64,000 bases of DNA. Source: Moniliella sp. 'wahieum'. Its lineage: Eukaryota. The stretch spans positions 496,001 to 560,000 of the forward strand of contig RSEE01000035.1 in the NCBI GenBank assembly GCA_003971905.1, written 5' to 3'. Positions 49,538-61,548 of this stretch are shown here, one piece after another; within the stretch, counting starts at the first letter, position 1, and each line of letters begins with the position of its first letter. Below the pieces are notes generated by a model. The model was not told the DNA's origin. It ran no database searches and worked only from the letters and a program-made list of their open reading frames with translations. The position numbers and the translations under genes are program-made.

Positions 49538-50915
49538 ATGTGAAGTTGCGTACTCTGCATTCATAGACGCGTTCGGTGTACCATCCTGATTGGCATTTAC
49601 GCCTGTCCCTTCTTCCTCCCCATTCCCCTTCACCGCAATTGTGTTATATGTTCCAATTAGCAGCGTTCTTACCGCTCATGCCTGTCGATACCAACAACCA
49701 ATTGAAGCCAAATCATTCCAAGGAAATGTGACTCGAAGGCGGATCGGTAGTGCCATCCATCTCGATCTTGGGTCCCTTTCGCTGGCGGCGAACGGAAAGG
49801 GTCTTTGATGGAAAGGGGAGGGGGCGGGGGAGGAGCGCAGCAGATATCCGATCGATGAGAGTGTAATAGCCGTGCGTTCGTCGTCGTTATCATTATTAGT
49901 GGGACCTTTAATTGTATAATTTAACGCGCAGCACCAGGGCAACGCGCTTAAAAATCCTCTACCGTATCTCTGTTATCTGCAAGAATATTGATTCGATAAG
50001 CCCCGTTCGATCAAGATGACCGATGAAGGATCGATGAAGCTTGAAGCTTTGAAGCTTGGAGTTGATGAAGTCCATCCGGGTTTTCTAGTTCAACACGTTC
50101 AACAGGCGGGGGAGCGTATTCTCATTCAGGTGGAGGTACCTTGCATGTTACAGGGGATTTCTATAGTAACCGTCCTGTCCACCTCAGGTCAGTCAGTTTC
50201 ATCCTGCATCCCGAATCTATCGTCGTTCAAGCTTGATGATGGGATCATGCAACCTGCAGATGTCTCTCCTCCCGAACGGGAGTTCAAGCGGCGGTGTGTT
50301 CTTCAGCACATCGCTTCTGTACAGCCTCTGTATCTAACTACTAAGCGAGGGGGCCAACGGGCCTACGGCCCGGTCTTTCTCTCCAGTCTGTTCCTTAGCA
50401 ACCGTTGCGCCGCTCCACGCCGCGAGAGGCAAAACCTATCACCAATGTAACGTGCGGGGCTGGCTGCGTTCCCTAAACGAGGTTGGCGCTAACAAGCAAC
50501 ACGCGTCGGATTAACGGGTCGGTTTAGGCGCAGCGTTTCTTTGTCCCAGCCTTAAGCTCTGTCAATAATATGGTTACAGTATAGAGATTCGGGTCTAGAG
50601 ACCTGCGCCTGTTCTCTCTCCGTCGAGGGTGAAGGTGTCAAAAGCATGCTAATTAAAGCATCGAGCACTGGTGGGCTCCTGTGGCGGGAAAAGAGGTAGA
50701 GTATAATGCCATCAGTCGTGAACGTGTGAAGCCCATATACAAGACAGAAGCCTCTTCAAGAACGACAACCGATAAACCCGAATGCTCGACGGCCACGCCT
50801 GCGGAGGCTTCAGATCTCGAGGCGCGTGCATGTACCTAAGGAAGATCATTAATCTGATCAATATACCAGCAGAGGAGAGCTGTTATCCTTAGGGAAACAT
50901 GTAGGTATTGGTGCC

Positions 50916-52469
50916 TCAAGCATCTTCAACCTGCTCTTGATCTTCCGATGGTTCAAGGCCAAAGCGACGCTTGACCAGCCTGTACGAACATGTTAGTGCT
51001 CGGCATCACGATAGGGGGGGGGGGTAACACGTACATGACTTCCTCAGGGTCACCAGTGTTCTTGGTCAATTCGTCCGAAATCTTGACTACCGGCTGGCCA
51101 TTGAGGCTGCGCAGTTTAATCACAATGTTGAGCGCTTTGCTCTTCTGGGTTGGGTCTGAAGCACGGCTAAAGTCGTTGGTCAAGTTGGTGCCAATACCAA
51201 AGGCGGAGCCAATGCCAATCTCGTCGGCGTACGAAGCCAGAGCCAAGGCCCTCTCCACGTTCAGTCCATCGGAGAAGACGATCAACTTGGTCTTGGGGTC
51301 CACTCCAAGAGATTCATAAGCCGCCTTGGCTTTGCGAGCAAAATCATAACTGTCACCCGAGTCTTGTCTCACCCCCTTCCACCGGCGAATAATCTCACGG
51401 CCCCGCTTGATATCCGCCGCATCCTCTTGGGCATAACGGGGAGGGGTCCGGTCGCCAGGGAGAGGCGCGAGCAAGTCCTTCCAGAAGACCGAAGTGGAAA
51501 ATGTATCGGTAAGAGCGATGGTCAGGTCTTCGGCAGGCGTATGCGGGACGAAGGCGGGGGGCGAGTAGACGGCATCCCACTTTTGTGCACTTATCAAATT
51601 GACGCGGCGGTACCCCTCGAGCGCAGCAATGGCCATCGTCCATTCATGCGCAACCGTCCCACTTGGCGGGATACCAAACACCCGGGCGAGGTGCACGTTG
51701 GAGGTGCCGATAAGTGCTCCCACGCTCGCCGCTCCTTCCACCGGTCCGGCAGATTTGGCCTGCTCCGCACCCTCGCATAGCCCTTTGATCGCAACCTCCT
51801 GTACCTTGAAGGAACGGCGACGACGAGTGCCAAACTCCGAGTACTTGATCCCATGCTGGACCAGCTTCTTGCTCTTGGCCGCAGCCAGCTCTACAGGGAA
51901 AGGGAGGGAAAGGTGAGTAGTCATTCTCAAAAGCGTCCGGGAAGACCAGACATACCTTCCTGCCCATCCATGGACCAGTCGGTATCAACAACGTTGAAGT
52001 AGACTTCGGAAATAATGGCCATGAGCGGGACCTCGTAGAGGATCACATCGCGCCACTTGCCCGACACGGTAAGGTGCAAGTCAAGCCATCCTTCCTCCTC
52101 CGTTGTCGTTCCATCCGGTTGCTGGACTGTACGGGTAGCCGGGGTGGGGGAGAGCGTGACCTGGGTAGCAGGGTCAAAGCGGAACTTGGTGAGGTAGTCC
52201 AGGTACGCGGGCTGGAGGTAAGGGCACGCCTGCTCAAGATAAGCACGCTCATCAGGCTGGAGAGAAATGTGCTGCAGTGCATCAACAGCCACTTGGATGG
52301 CTTCGATCGCCTTCTGAGTGAACTTCATAGCGGGGGAACGGTTGGTAAACCAGTAGCTGACGTTGGCATCGGGATAGGTGAGCAGCACGGCCTGCTGCAT
52401 CGTCAGCTTGTAGAGGTCCGTGTCGAGAAGGGAGTGGATAACCGCTCCCGGAATATCAGTGGGGGCCAT
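50916..52469 (-). CDS. NPT1: Nicotinate phosphoribosyltransferase
   Basis: SLLDTDLYKLTMQQAV, ILYEVPLMAIISE, SEFGTRRRRS, GTSNVHLA, GTVAHEW, ALTDTF, GVRQDSGD, IVFSDGL, FGIGTNLTNDF, LNIVIKL, VKISD..KNTG. Introns 51891-51955 and 50980-51034. Confidence 0.97.
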
Positions 52470-53026
52470 CGTCGCGGTGGGCACAGTGGTGCGCAGAAAG
52501 AAGGTGGCGGTAGGGACGCTCAGCTGAGCTGGTGGTGGTGACGAGGAAGGCCGGGTTCGGTGTTGCCCAAGTCAAGCCAATGATACGCTCAGCTCAAAGT
52601 TCATCCCTGCGCCGCAAACTTTCAACTGCCTGCCAAACCATGCGGCGATATCGGCCAACAATCGGGGTGGCCCACAGGGTGGCCCAGGTGTTGGAAGATG
52701 GGGTGGGACAGCGACCGAGGGACTAACTACACCCGGTGGGAAGAACTGCTTCTGCCTGCTTACGCCTCTGGGTTCTGTGGCCCAAAGCGCCAAGGGATTG
52801 CTTTCCCTCGCGTCCGACCGGAGGCCACTATCACAGTTACGGTATCACACCTACTAGTAGTAGCTATTATTATAGTGTTTGCTTTCGGCACGTACTGGGC
52901 AGCACAAGCACGCCGTGGGGCGCTCGGGTTACATCTCCGGACACCGAGTCCCGCATTTCGTAGACCTCTCATCGAAGCACACGCCAGCCCCATGAGACTA
53001 TAGTGAGCGAGATCCGGCATGTGGGC

Positions 53027-53144
53027 AATTTACACATGCTGCGGTTAATGCTCTCAGCAGCACTTACTCTTCATTAGGACCCGTCTGATTCCGCCTACAG
53101 CAGCGCCTCGAGTGTGGTAACGACCAGATAACCTACGTTACCCC
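53027..53144. repeat. Diverged dispersed repeat, copy 2 (see 2858-2992)
   Basis: Shared blocks AATTTACA, CTCTCAG, CTCTTC.TTAGGAC, TCGAGTGTGGTAACG and TTACCCC. Confidence 0.6.
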
Positions 53145-54095
53145 CACGCTCAACGACTTATACATCCCTCCAGTCCGGGGTCGGGCTCCGGACTCGACCA
53201 TAGCTATGATGACGCCGGGACCAACGTTAGTTATACTGAAGCATGGGTGTCTTTGGTGCCGACGTGGACGTGGAGGACGTTGAGCTCAGTACCGGCTGAA
53301 TCCAATGCTTCACTGATCGACTCGAGCGTCGTCGTCACCTCACCCAGCAGACCCTCCCATTTCTCTGCATTTTGGGAGGTGGAGGAAACGAGGCGTCCAG
53401 AAGTGATCCAGGGGAATCTAGGGCCGGCAACCACCGTTCAAGGGGGAAAGGCGGTTCGAGAAAGGATCCGACTTGGGAGTACATACGCGCCGTGCGAATG
53501 GCCTAAACCTACACAGGGGTTTGGGTCCATGACGTGCCCGTCAGTAGTAGGTGGATATAGCCCACGACACGGTGATGCTCGAATTGGGCCAAAAATCATT
53601 GGATTAGTGGTTATTTTCATCAAGCACAGAAGCGACTCAGAAGCGGTCTCCGTAGGAACCAAGGAGTCAGGCTCGGGACGGGAGGTAAGACGCTGGGCCA
53701 TGCCAGGAAAGATATAGCCAGCCAAGGAGGTGAGGATCTTTGGGGGTGCTTTCCTGGGGGCAAGAGCAGGATGATGGGATTGGTGCGGTAAGACCAGACC
53801 GCTCGGTTGCATGCTGAGTAGGTTGAGGTCGGAGGAACGGGTGGGAAGGGACTGTGAGGGCCCCATGGTGGTCAATGGGTGCGCGCACTTCGTTGCACAC
53901 CGCACCCAATGTTGGTTGTGGTCCAGCCGAGGCCAGGCAGCGGGGCTCCGTGGTGCATGATGCTAGTCGGCTCCTGCAAATTCCAAGTACGTCAGTCAGA
54001 GGCGTGAGCAGCGGAAAGCGCCACGACCAATTCCGCCAGTCTTTTATTTCGCACCGCTGTCTACTCGCCTGCATTCGTCCTCGCCGCCACCCACC

Positions 54096-55982
54096 ATGTC
54101 GCTCGACACCCTCACGCCCTTGCCGCTCGAGATCAAAACACCTCCCGCGGATGCCCTCCAGGCTCTGGTTCAGGACGAGCTCGCTGCTCGTGCATGGGCA
54201 CCGCCTGACGACGGCGTCATGGCCGAGTACACGGTGGTTATGGCTGCCAACGGCAAGACCGGCGCTCAGGTGGCGGACGAGCTGCGCGACGTGATTGGCG
54301 CCGTCGACTTTGATCCTCTGTTTGTGGTGTGGCTGTGGAACACGGCCACTGCACTACTCCAGGGCCGTCCTGTTCCCCCTTCTCATTCGGCCACGGAGCC
54401 CGTTGCCCAGACCGCGGATGCATCCCTATCGTCTGCCTTTGCATTCGAGCGGGCCCGCTCCCGCTCTCCTATGCGTCGCAGTCGCTCGCCCCCATCCCGC
54501 TCTGCTGGGGGACGAGCAGAGCAGGAGCATTCCTTTCGGGGTCGCCCTGTACGTCCTCAGAAAGAGCTGTTCGAAGCTGCGGTGCACGACGCGGTCGCTC
54601 CCCCTATTCGTGTTCGCGGCCGGGGACAAGGCCGGGCAATGGACATGGACACGGACATGGACGACGAAATGTCTCATGTCCTGGGCCTGGACAGGTCCAA
54701 GCGCGAGGCCGAATTTCAGCAACGGGAAAATCAGCGTGGTGGGAACAAAAGGGAGCTCTTCCCCAACTCTCCGGCCTCGCGCGACGTCAACATTCGCGGC
54801 CGAGCGGGCAAGAAGCAACAACCTGCTTCCAACAAGCCTTCCATCTTTGCTCGCACTATGACCCCCAACCCCAATTTGCCTGAATTTGTACCTCGTACCC
54901 TGCAGACTGCGGAAGGTGGTCAGGATGATGAGAGCATGGACATCAACACCGACTCTGCTCCTACTTCCCAATCCCTCTTGGCTCGCCTCGGCCCGCAACA
55001 ATCGGACCCTTCCTCCGCATCTGCTCCCACCACTGCCCCCATCTCGCGGGATATCAACTCGGTGGATGTCCGCCAGTTCCCCTTGGAGCCCTCCAAGGAG
55101 GAGTCGTGTCGGTTTGGCTTGCGCTGCACCAACCCCATGTGCGTCTACAGTCACTCCACCCCGGTCCTGGCCAACTCTCCAAAGGAAGGCGATGCGATGA
55201 TGTTGTCTACGACCCACTGCCCTGCCGGCCCCAAGTGCCGCAACAAGGGGTGCACCTTGTCCCACCCTTCTCCAGCAGTCTCGGTCCTCGCCTCGCGGGC
55301 CCAAGCTGCGGCGCGGGCCCAGATGGCACGTGCCCGCCTGAGTGCCGTGGTGGCCTCTACCCCACAGGCGGGGGCGGCGACGACGGCGCGGTCGTGCCGC
55401 TTCCAACTGGCTTGCACCAACCCTCATTGCAGCTTTGCGCATTTCGATGCGCAGGGTGCGCCCATCCCGCCTCCAGCTCAGCAAGCTGGTACCCCCAATG
55501 TGGCCCGTGCTTCCCTCGTCCCTTCTTCGGATGCGGATGCGTCGCAGCCGGCCAGTTCGGATGGCTCGCAAGCCGTGATCGACCTGGACAAGCCACTCGA
55601 CGACACGGCAAGCATGGCGAAACCGTGTCGGTATGGCGTGCACTGCACCCGGGCCGGGTGCTTCTTTTCCCATCCTGCAGGCCGGGTGGAACCGCAAGCC
55701 GGTGCCGGCGCCGGCGCAGCCTGGGCCAACCGGCCCAAGCCCACCTGGTTCACCCCGCACCAAAGTACCGTGTTTGATGCGTCGGGCGCGCCACAAGCTC
55801 GCGCCCCGGCCGCGTGCAAGTTTGGTGCCCAATGCTACCGCGCCGGCTGTACCTTTTCCCATCCTCCCGAACGCCAGTTGCCCCCTGCCGCCGGCACGCC
55901 CACCACCTCCACTCGTCTCGCTGCCTTCGCCTCGGAGCGTGACCCGAACGAGGTGGAGCGCATCATCCCGTCTACTACGTGA
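54096..55982 (+). CDS. NAB2: Nuclear poly(A) RNA-binding protein Nab2/ZC3H14-like
   Basis: N-terminal PWI-like domain (DDGVMAEYTVVMAANGKTGAQVADEL..FVVWLW) and five CX5CX4CX3H zinc fingers (e.g. CRFGLRCTNPMCVYSH, CKFGAQCYRAGCTFSH). Intact 628-aa ORF. Confidence 0.85.
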   Translation: MSLDTLTPLPLEIKTPPADALQALVQDELAARAWAPPDDGVMAEYTVVMAANGKTGAQVADELRDVIGAVDFDPLFVVWLWNTATALLQGRPVPPSHSATEPVAQTADASLSSAFAFERARSRSPMRRSRSPPSRSAGGRAEQEHSFRGRPVRPQKELFEAAVHDAVAPPIRVRGRGQGRAMDMDTDMDDEMSHVLGLDRSKREAEFQQRENQRGGNKRELFPNSPASRDVNIRGRAGKKQQPASNKPSIFARTMTPNPNLPEFVPRTLQTAEGGQDDESMDINTDSAPTSQSLLARLGPQQSDPSSASAPTTAPISRDINSVDVRQFPLEPSKEESCRFGLRCTNPMCVYSHSTPVLANSPKEGDAMMLSTTHCPAGPKCRNKGCTLSHPSPAVSVLASRAQAAARAQMARARLSAVVASTPQAGAATTARSCRFQLACTNPHCSFAHFDAQGAPIPPPAQQAGTPNVARASLVPSSDADASQPASSDGSQAVIDLDKPLDDTASMAKPCRYGVHCTRAGCFFSHPAGRVEPQAGAGAGAAWANRPKPTWFTPHQSTVFDASGAPQARAPAACKFGAQCYRAGCTFSHPPERQLPPAAGTPTTSTRLAAFASERDPNEVERIIPSTT

Positions 55983-56604
55983 TTTCTACTACTCGCCTCT
56001 TGTCATTTTCGGAAAAACAGCCTGTGTCTCGAATTGCCTTGCATATTGCATGCTATACTCCTGATTGCTGAGCGTCACCAATATCCGGAGCTGGAACTGT
56101 GATAGGGGGTTAGATCTGGATTCGATATTCAGTATTTCAGTAGGCTGCCTAGCCATCGAATCAAACGGGTGTGCCAACGAAGCTTATACTAGTACGAGCC
56201 GATGACACGATGATGGCACGGCATAGCCAAAGCGAAGAGTGTGAGATTCATATTACGGACCGCCGTCGATTCTTTTGCCAATCTACTATAGGATAGTCAG
56301 GGCCGCAAGCAGGGATAGCAGTGCACCATGAATGGATGAAGGGAGATACAGGAAGAGCACAGCAAACGCAAGCTGGGAAGAGACAGTAGAATGTGTTGGT
56401 TAAGTATAGTAGGAGTCCATCGTGGTGGACTGAATGAAGGGCCAAAGTCGAACGGGATGCATGATGTGATGGCGAGCTGAGGCGTGAGCAGCCGAGGGAA
56501 TAGAGTAAGAAACGAGAGTGAGTGGAGAGGGGAAACAAAAACGCTGGTTAAGGAACCCTGGCGCCGGGGCACACGTTGCAGGGGGACACAGGAGGGGATA
56601 GCTT

Positions 56605-58485
56605 TTAGGCAGCCGGGGCCTCGGCGGCCTTTGCGGTGGAGATGCTGCCCACTTCCGACTCGACAGGCAGCGCACCACCTTCCTTGTCCATCCCACGGTC
56701 AATCTTGGCGCGCCTTGCGCCGCGTACGGGGCCATCGAGTTCGGCGCCCGTCTGGACCGAGGCGTAGGGCGAGCGCGAGCGGATTGTCTCTCCCTTCCAG
56801 ATCAAGATGAAAGGTAGCGGGATGGCAATGGCAATGAGCAGACTGAGCAGCAGGCCGGCGTACTGGAAACCCATGTTGTTGAACATTTGGTTGGTAAACA
56901 GAGGGAAACTGGCCGCCATCAGGTTACGAATGAAGCCCTGGGCGCCAATGGCCGAGGCGGACGACTCGCCATACGCATCGGTCAGGTACGCTTGAACCGA
57001 TTGGAAGATCCAGACAATGCCGATCAGCAGTAGCACCAGGCCAATCTCGGGTGCGATCCAGTGCACCCAAGGGTACGGCGCCGTAAAGGAAAAGATGAAC
57101 ATGCCAATCGTGCACACGATTCCACCCGCCGCACCGTAGTACAGACGCACCTCCGGAACCGCGTAGCCACCATGGGCCTCTGCCGACTTTTGGTAGAGAT
57201 ACGAGTCGTGGAAGAGGAAGCCCCAGCCAATGAAGGTGCCAAGGATGGGACCAATGTAAGCCAGACCGGTGTTGCCTTCGCCCCAGCCACGGATGTTGGA
57301 AAAGGCGATGGGGATCGCACCAAACAGGGCAAAGATCAAACTCCACACGTACGCCAGCCAGAGGGAGAAGAATAGCACAACAGGCTCCTTGACAATCATC
57401 ACGGCCGCACGCGTCGTCGACACCTTGAGCAGTTCCTGCAAGCTAGGCGTTTCCAACTCGTCGGGCGAACGGTAGCGGTTATCTCCCGTCTCCTTGCGCA
57501 ACTTTTTCGCGCGGCGCGAGAGCAACGCACTACCACGAGGCTCCCGCAAAAAGATGCACTCGAGAATGAGAACGGTGCCGTTGATCGCCATTTGGATCCA
57601 CTCGATCGCCCGCCACCCCAGGTTGTGACGAGCATCAATATAGCCGGCATAGAGCGGCGAGGCTGTCGTGCCCAGTACGGCAACCAAGGTGAACAAGGCG
57701 ACCGGCAACCCAATCTCGTTTGGACGCCAGATCGAGGCAAGTGTACCGGGGATGATGGTCGTTCCGGCCGCACCAAAGACACCCGAAAAAAACCGGCCAA
57801 TGATCACGGTCCAAATGTTCTGCGCCTCAAACAGCGCAATGAACCAGATCACAAAGCCGGCGTAGCAGGCCAGGTACACAGGCTGTGCGCCCAGGAACTC
57901 AGACACTGGGCCGAGGATGGGAGGGACCTGAGGAAGGTGGAAAGTCAGAAACAGAGGCATGGTCACTTTGATGAGCCAGGGATACGCACCAGAGAGAAGG
58001 CAACGTTGAATACAGTAAAGCCCAACCGACCCAGCTCCACCGCTATTAGGGTAGACCGAACACGAGCGTCAGTACAGATGGCAATATAAGAAGAGAAGGA
58101 TAATCCATGAAGAGAGAAGATACGTACAAGCATGAAGCTCCTTGCACATTCTCGACACACCTGACCCGTAGGCAGCGGTGGCCAGACCAATGAAGAGACA
58201 CATGGCACAGAGAAGGGAAGTGTTGATCCACTTCTTGCCCTTGGACCAGTTCATTGGGTTTTCGGGGTCGTCGGGCCCGTCCCAGTCAACAAGGATGACG
58301 TTGCCCTGGCGAACTTCCTGCATGATCTCGGGGCTGAGCTTCGTGCTGGTCGCGGGGACATCGGCGGTGCTGGGAACGGCAGTGTGTTGGCCGTCAGAGT
58401 CGCCAGCGTCGGCGTCGCCGGTGGCATACTGTTCCTTGCCAGGGAAGAAATCGGCACGGATGTTGGTTTGCTTTTTGAGTACCAT
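56605..58485 (-). CDS. MFS transporter, DHA1 (drug:H+ antiporter-1) family
   Basis: VDWDGPDDPENPMNWSKGKKW, GRFFSGVFG, GWRAIEWIQ, KAAMIVKEP-like TRAAVMIVKEPVV, PEVRL, HWIAP, YLTDAY..SASAIGA..RNLMAASFPLF. Introns 58043-58127 and 57928-57989. Confidence 0.95.
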
Positions 58486-60930
58486 TGCTGGTAAAACAAG
58501 GGGTAAGGGAGTGGAAGTGGAAGGAGAGTGCAAAGGTACGTTTTATGTAGTGGAGAGAAGATCACGCGTGCCGGTTGCTTCTAGCTTCGTAGGTCTAACT
58601 TCTAGCTTCCCGCTTCCCGGCGAGGCAAGGCCAGGCCTGGCTGCGCTGGAAGTATGACCGGATGTGGTGACATTCTGACATGTGGCACGCGACACTAATC
58701 CCCTCTCTCCTACCGCGGGGGGAGGCGGTGCGCTGGTTGAGTACCGAGTGCGTTGAACGAACGTTGAGCGTACCTTGGGCGCTGAGCGCGCTGAGCACGG
58801 AGGCGCTGAGGCAGTGAGATGGTGAGACCGAGATCTGAGATCTGAGATGAGATCTGAGAAGAGGCCTGCGGCTGGAGAGAGTGGGCTGCACCCACACCAA
58901 CACTCCGGAGGCCGATCGAGGAGGTAGGGGACAGGAGGTAGGAAGGTGTGGGACGGCGCGGGCGATGCCTGATAGACGATGGCTGATGCAGGTGATGGAA
59001 CGGAGCAGGCACACGATGGCGTAGCGAAATGGTGGGCACAGCCGCTGCGCCGCGAGCTGCTCTGTCGATGCGACAGTCAACAAAAAAACCTGCCGTGCTC
59101 CAGAGCCACGACCACTGGCCCCATGCGGGGACCGGCAAACCACAGGATCGATGATGCAACGATTGATGATGCCTGTGATGCCTGTGACATGGGATGCATG
59201 ATGCCTGTGACATGTGATGGGTGGCCACGCAGGTGCTGGGTGCTGCCGTGCAGGGCGCATGCCAGAGTCTGTCCGGCGGGAGAAAAGGTGCCGCGGGGGC
59301 ACTGCCAGTAGGGCACCCAAGGGTAGTTCGGTTGGAATACACACCGCTGGCGCACGCCTTTTCGATCCAGCCAGCAGATCCATTCGCCCTCGATCATCAA
59401 TCTTAATCATCGCTATCGATCTACCGCGCGCCCTTGGGGCCCATTCTCAGACGCTAGGGGGTGGGACGGGCTAGGGTGGGTTTCGTGGTCTGCGGTCTGC
59501 CCTGTTCTTTCGCTTAGGATCTAGTAACTACGGTACTTTCGACCTGCCATAAGTATACTTTTCGCCTAGTTCAAGAGCGTTCACAAGGTTTAAGCGTATT
59601 CTCAAGCTTCAAGCTTGGGCGGTCAGAGGCTCTTAGTACAACGTTCACTAGATGTTCACAGCTGAGTCCCTCCCATAAGCCGTTCTCATCGACGTCATAT
59701 ATGTCCTCTGTCACCTGCATCACACATGCAGTATGCACTCCCCAGCTTTTTGTGGAAGCAGAGAGGGAGCATCACCATGTGCATCACCCCGGCACCAAGG
59801 GGTTCAAAAGCTAGTAACTATAGTAGCTAGGAACTAGTAACTACAAAGCATCCGAGTAATACGACACGTGTTGTATAACAACAACGCAGGATGTGTGACA
59901 GCGATGCAACACAGATCCACTCCTTCTCGTCGATCCATACGGTTCATGCATTATGCATATGATGCAGCAATGCAAAGCCGTGGTGAACGACGACTGACTA
60001 GTGATTAATGATTAGTTCACTTCGCCCCCTTTTCTTTCTCCACAAACCACTCCGCATCCATCCCCAGAGGGCTGGATTTTCCACGTCGGTCCTTGTCCCT
60101 TCGTGTAAATTCCCTCATTATGCATCAACGTTCAACACGTTCAACGTTCAACAATGAATTGGCCTGTCCAATCCATTCTTACCTGAATTCAATGAGATTC
60201 AAATGCGGCATCATGCATCAGTAACAGTCTGCCTTTCTGTACTCTCCGTACGTACACACACACATCCCTGGGGCCTGGTCCCAGTTGGTACCCGGTGGCA
60301 CCTCCGGGTTCCCCCGTGTTCCTGGCTCTTTCCTCAGGCCTCGCCGGTCGTACCTCCAACGCCACCACCTTCACCGTTTCCTCCCTCCTCTCCGATCTCT
60401 TGGGAGAGGGGGAAAAACAGCTCAGTATACGAGTCCTGAGTGACTAGTGACTGAGTACATTAGCTGTGGCCAGCATGCAGCACTGCAGCCGAAATGCATT
60501 GTCTCCCGCAGATACTGAGTATGGAATATTGAATCTGAGTCCGGACAGGTGACGTATGGCTGACGGAATATAGGAAGAATCCCACAGGACAGGGGACAAA
60601 AACTGCCCACACCCGGCAAAGAAGATTTGGATGTGGGCCTGTGTGGCCAGGCGGTGCGGCGTCGGCGAAACAGAGACATGGATATGCCGGCGGCCCAAAA
60701 GAGTCTCACACGTCACGCGTCACGCGTCCCGACACACGTTGCACTTCCATGCACCATGGCGCCTCCAGCGGACCCTTGATGTACGAGGCTTGTACAGGCT
60801 GTACCAGTGCTGTGCCCTCCCAGCTGGACCTGTTGAGCACCCTTGTGCACCCTGTTGCATCAGACTGCATCCACGGTCTAGCATAGCATGCATAGCAGTG
60901 GCCGGTGGTACAAAAAGGGACAGCTTCCAG

Positions 60931-60974
60931 CAGGTACAACAGGTACAGCAGGTACAGCAGGTACGCAGGTACTG
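60931..60974. repeat. Short tandem repeat, ~9-bp unit CAGGTACAG
   Basis: CAGGTACAACAGGTACAGCAGGTACAGCAGGTACGCAGGTACTG. Confidence 0.8.
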
Positions 60975-61548
60975 CCTGTGGGACTGCGTAGGACCGTAGC
61001 TGTACATTCAGCAGCTAATTCGGTGCGCACTCTAGCTTTTCCGCCTCATTCCGCCGTGGGCCAATGGGGTTGACCCGGTAGTCACGTGATGCTCGAAAGT
61101 TGAACGTTCACCTGAGGGCGGAACGCTTGCTGCTTGGCGATGAAATCACTGGCAGGGGGCGCGTGGGGACGCTGATTCAACCATCCACCTGGACAGTTGA
61201 GCCCACCAGGAGCTGAATTGGGGGCTACACCCCCCGAGGAATGGGCCAGAGAGACTGGAGAGGCTGGGATGGGGAGGGCCATTGCCCTGCTGCCCCACCG
61301 GCCTTCTGTGTCCACTTGGAATGGGCGCCTGATGGGCGAACGACTGAGCCAAAAAAACGAAATAAAACCCGTAGAAACCCAAACGCAGCAATAATAACCC
61401 CCACGCCTCGCCCAACGGCAGAGTTGTATTTGCGCCACTGCCACGAGACGGGGGCGCTGCTAGCGGCTGCTCTGCGTGTGCACTTCCCGGCGGCGCTGTG
61501 CTGTGCTGTGCTCCACCCCTCCCATCTGGTACATGCCTCGCCACCCCC

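Noticed and set aside
48319..58485. Dioxygenase + NPT1 + MFS as a metabolic gene cluster
   Set aside because: Interrupted by NAB2 and relic DNA, has no backbone enzyme, and NPT1 is a housekeeping gene.
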